Shown here piece after piece: positions 60,466-64,000 of a stretch of 64,000 nucleotides of DNA (within the stretch, counting starts at the first letter, position 1; each line of letters starts with the position of its first letter). The DNA comes from Candidatus Marinacidobacterales bacterium. Lineage in GTDB: Bacteria; Acidobacteriota; Vicinamibacteria; Marinacidobacterales; SMYC01. Made by a program: the position numbers and the translations under genes. The notes under the pieces were generated by a model that saw nothing but the letters and a program-made list of their open reading frames with translations, searched no databases and was not told the origin of the DNA. Location of the stretch: positions 96,001 through 160,000 of the forward strand of contig OZ250169.1 of the NCBI GenBank assembly GCA_965237955.1, in the 5' to 3' direction.

Positions 60466-63400
60466 GTTTCCGCGTTCATGAGAACGCGGCCCCATTGAAG
60501 CGCTTCCCTCATCTCCAGTTCGAGGACCGCCTGCTGGGTTTCCGCGTTCATGAGAACGCGGCCCCATTGAAGCGATATCCAGGACAAGATCACGGCGAAG
60601 CTCGCCAAGGTTTCCGCGTTCATGAGAACGCGGCCCCATTGAAGCAGGCTCTCCCCAAGATCGCCGTCGGTGATAACGACAACAGGTTTCCGCGTTCATG
60701 AGAACGCGGCCCCATTGAAGCAACGCGCCGGCCTTGATGCGCGTTGGGATCCAGGTGTCGTTTCCGCGTTCATGAGAACGCGGCCCCATTGAAGCCAGAA
60801 GTAGTGCTCGCGCACCCAGCCATCAATCCCTGTTTCCGCGTTCATGAGAACGCGGCCCCATTGAAGCGCATGTGGCGGCGTATCCACACTCGGCGCACCA
60901 GTGTTTCCGCGTTCATGAGAACGCGGCCCCATTGAAGCTCGAGCCATTCTCCGGCGCTCCTCGAGAGGAGGTCAGTTTCCGCGTTCATGAGAACGCGGCC
61001 CCATTGAAGCATCGACGAAATCAGCACGGCGCCACCGGCAGTCCAGGCGTTTCCGCGTTCATGAGAACGCGGCCCCATTGAAGCTGGTCAAACCGGCCGG
61101 ATCTGATTCGGCAGCATATCGTTTCCGCGTTCATGAGAACGCGGCCCCATTGAAGCGCCGACGCCGACTACCTGGACGGGCGGCGGTGGTACGGTTTCCG
61201 CGTTCATGAGAACGCGGCCCCATTGAAGCTCGTCCGTCAAATGCCAAGCCTTGGCCTCTCCGTCGTTTCCGCGTTCATGAGAACGCGGCCCCATTGAAGC
61301 ACGGCACGTCCGTTGACATAGTTGACGGAGAGGATGGTTTCCGCGTTCATGAGAACGCGGCCCCATTGAAGCCAGTTCGCCGACATGCTGGTGCGCGAGG
61401 GCGCTGCGCCGTTTCCGCGTTCATGAGAACGCGGCCCCATTGAAGCATGTCCAGCGTGCCACGCAGAGTAAACGATGCTCCAGGTTTCCGCGTTCATGAG
61501 AACGCGGCCCCATTGAAGCAGTTCCCCTTCGAACTCGAGCAGGTCGTCGCTTGAGGTTTCCGCGTTCATGAGAACGCGGCCCCATTGAAGCCTCCTGGCC
61601 GACTGGAAAACGGGGTTCTGGCCCCCGGTTTCCGCGTTCATGAGAACGCGGCCCCATTGAAGCTTGTTATTTCCTTCCCTCGGCGAGTCGTGGCTCCCGT
61701 TTCCGCGTTCATGAGAACGCGGCCCCATTGAAGCCCAGTCATTCTGCGAATCGACGTGCCAGCAGAGTTGCGTTTCCGCGTTCATGAGAACGCGGCCCCA
61801 TTGAAGCCGAAACGTCATCGCTTGCCGGACATACCCAGCATCACGTTTCCGCGTTCATGAGAACGCGGCCCCATTGAAGCACGGTCGCGTCCCAATCGCG
61901 TAGGCGCTCTCGCTTTGTTTCCGCGTTCATGAGAACGCGGCCCCATTGAAGCCGCATGCCGTCGATCTCTGCCGACATCTGTTCCGTCGTTTCCGCGTTC
62001 ATGAGAACGCGGCCCCATTGAAGCAGGGCGAGCTAGTGCGCGTCACCCACGACTATATCTCGAGTTTCCGCGTTCATGAGAACGCGGCCCCATTGAAGCC
62101 GGACGAGGTGCTTCGCCCGGGCGTTGACAAGCGGGTTTCCGCGTTCATGAGAACGCGGCCCCATTGAAGCCCGGTGGCGTTCGCGCCCCGAAGGACGTTA
62201 ACCCCGTTTCCGCGTTCATGAGAACGCGGCCCCATTGAAGCAAGCGGCATCCCTTTTGGGACGTCTATGCCGATGTTTGGTTTCCGCGTTCATGAGAACG
62301 CGGCCCCATTGAAGCACCTTCATCTAGGTCGAGTTGCCGCCACTCGCAATAGCGTTTCCGCGTTCATGAGAACGCGGCCCCATTGAAGCGTTTCAGCAAA
62401 GCCGGTCGGCGTAGAATTAAAGAGTTTCCGCGTTCATGAGAACGCGGCCCCATTGAAGCCTTCTGCCCCCCGCGGAAGTCATCATGGACAAATTGGTTTC
62501 CGCGTTCATGAGAACGCGGCCCCATTGAAGCTCTCATGTCGGAGATGCGCTCGTGGACGATTGCCCCCGTTTCCGCGTTCATGAGAACGCGGCCCCATTG
62601 AAGCCCGTTTACCGCCATCCGCCGCATCTCCTTCTTGCTCAGTTTCCGCGTTCATGAGAACGCGGCCCCATTGAAGCGGCCCGAGCAATCTGTGCTGGGG
62701 TGAGCTAGGTGGGCGGGTTTCCGCGTTCATGAGAACGCGGCCCCATTGAAGCAGCCAGTATTCGGCCAAGGGCGTTCGGCAACTGCGCCGTTTCCGCGTT
62801 CATGAGAACGCGGCCCCATTGAAGCAATCCGAAGGATGAGCAAGCCAAACAGACGCGCGAAGATGTTTCCGCGTTCATGAGAACGCGGCCCCATTGAAGC
62901 TCGTCATCGGACAGCTCTCTGGTGTCCGGGGCCGCTAGTTTCCGCGTTCATGAGAACGCGGCCCCATTGAAGCGTGTCGCCAAACCACTCCTTCTGTAGC
63001 TCCAACGACAGGTTTCCGCGTTCATGAGAACGCGGCCCCATTGAAGCTTTCCCGCCCGGTCTCGTCGGGGCGGCCGCACCACCCACGTTTCCGCGTTCAT
63101 GAGAACGCGGCCCCATTGAAGCGAGCTGGGGGTCAATCAGCCGCGCAAGCGGCCCCGTGTCGGCCAGGTTTCCGCGTTCATGAGAACGCGGCCCCATTGA
63201 AGCGAGCGGAGGGAAGCTGGATACCATCCTCTACGACGCCGTTTCCGCGTTCATGAGAACGCGGCCCCATTGAAGCCCTTGCCCCCCGTTATACGCGGCA
63301 AGGGCCATTGCCCGTTTCCGCGTTCATGAGAACGCGGCCCCATTGAAGCATGAACGCGGCCACCTTCGCCCTCGCGATTGGGATTCGCGTTTCCGCGTTC

Positions 63401-64000
63401 ATGAGAACGCGGCCCCATTGAAGCGTGCTCGCGGCCGTCTTGGCAATCACGTCGGCGGCGTTTCCGCGTTCATGAGAACGCGGCCCCATTGAAGCGAGAA
63501 AATGGCCGGCCGCATCGTTTGAACGTTCGAGTTTCCGCGTTCATGAGAACGCGGCCCCATTGAAGCCTGACGGATGAGAGTGCCTTGGGTGACCCTCTCA
63601 AGTAGTTTCCGCGTTCATGAGAACGCGGCCCCATTGAAGCATATCGACACCGGACCGACCACGACCACCGAGGTTATGTTTCCGCGTTCATGAGAACGCG
63701 GCCCCATTGAAGCGGGAGCTGCGGGGGCTTCGGGTACTTCGGATTCCGGGTTTCCGCGTTCATGAGAACGCGGCCCCATTGAAGCGAGCACTTGGCCTGG
63801 TGTGAGTTCAATCTCGGCGGTCGTTTCCGCGTTCATGAGAACGCGGCCCCATTGAAGCTTTTCACCAACGTCGCCCTCTCTGAGCATCCTTCGGAGTTTC
63901 CGCGTTCATGAGAACGCGGCCCCATTGAAGCATTACGACGCCTCAAGCCCGATGCTCCGAGAGTTTCGTGTTTCCGCGTTCATGAGAACGCGGCCCCATT
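60466..64000 (+). CRISPR. type I-G CRISPR array, repeat GTTTCCGCGTTCATGAGAACGCGGCCCCATTGAAGC (36 bp); 48 complete repeats plus 1 partial, 48 spacers; continues past the window
   Basis: Repeats look identical with ~73-bp period; stem CCGCGTTC/GAACGCGG with ATGA loop; ATTGAAGC 3' end; spacers mostly 34-40 nt. Confidence 0.99.

Noticed and set aside
60195-63887. Many short ORFs with LQWGRVLMNAET / MGPRSHERGN repeats
   Set aside because: These are translations of the CRISPR repeat.
60502-63969. Self-targeting spacers, and repeat-like words in the spacers at 63123 and 63350
   Set aside because: No spacer match within the window was seen by eye (not exhaustive); 8-10-nt GC-rich similarities are expected by chance.

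Overview
High-GC bacterial DNA; the gene content (carboxypeptidase-regulatory-domain TonB-dependent receptors, lipoprotein sulfatase, Tat amidase, ASPIC/UnbV proteins) suggests Acidobacteriota, which is an inference. The window has three zones. (1) 1-27 kb is an IS-disrupted accessory block with two paralogous TonB-dependent receptors (one split by ISL3; both with sigma54-type promoters and a shared ~110-bp upstream element), a carbon-nitrogen hydrolase/racemase/permease trio, an S9 peptidase, two tandem CRTAC1/ASPIC-UnbV genes, a broken tricorn-like S41 protease, an amidase and two IS21 elements. (2) 27-31 kb is core genome: galU, serS, an EAL protein and tRNA-Ser(TGA). (3) From the tRNA 3' end onward is a defence-island-like region rich in IS3/IS5/IS6 pieces and nested MITEs. 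It carries an intact ubiquitin-like operon (Ubl, E2-E1 fusion, DUF6527) followed by a small PD-(D/E)XK nuclease, a DISARM drmC remnant, prophage fragments, and a 693-aa EcsC-like/Brig1-like glycosylase fusion (my top candidate for something undescribed). It ends in a WYL regulator with a DriD/PafBC-like site in front of a complete type I-G (I-U) CRISPR-Cas locus; the array has 48 complete repeats and 48 spacers and runs off the window end. All family calls are by eye from motifs; no database searches were run.
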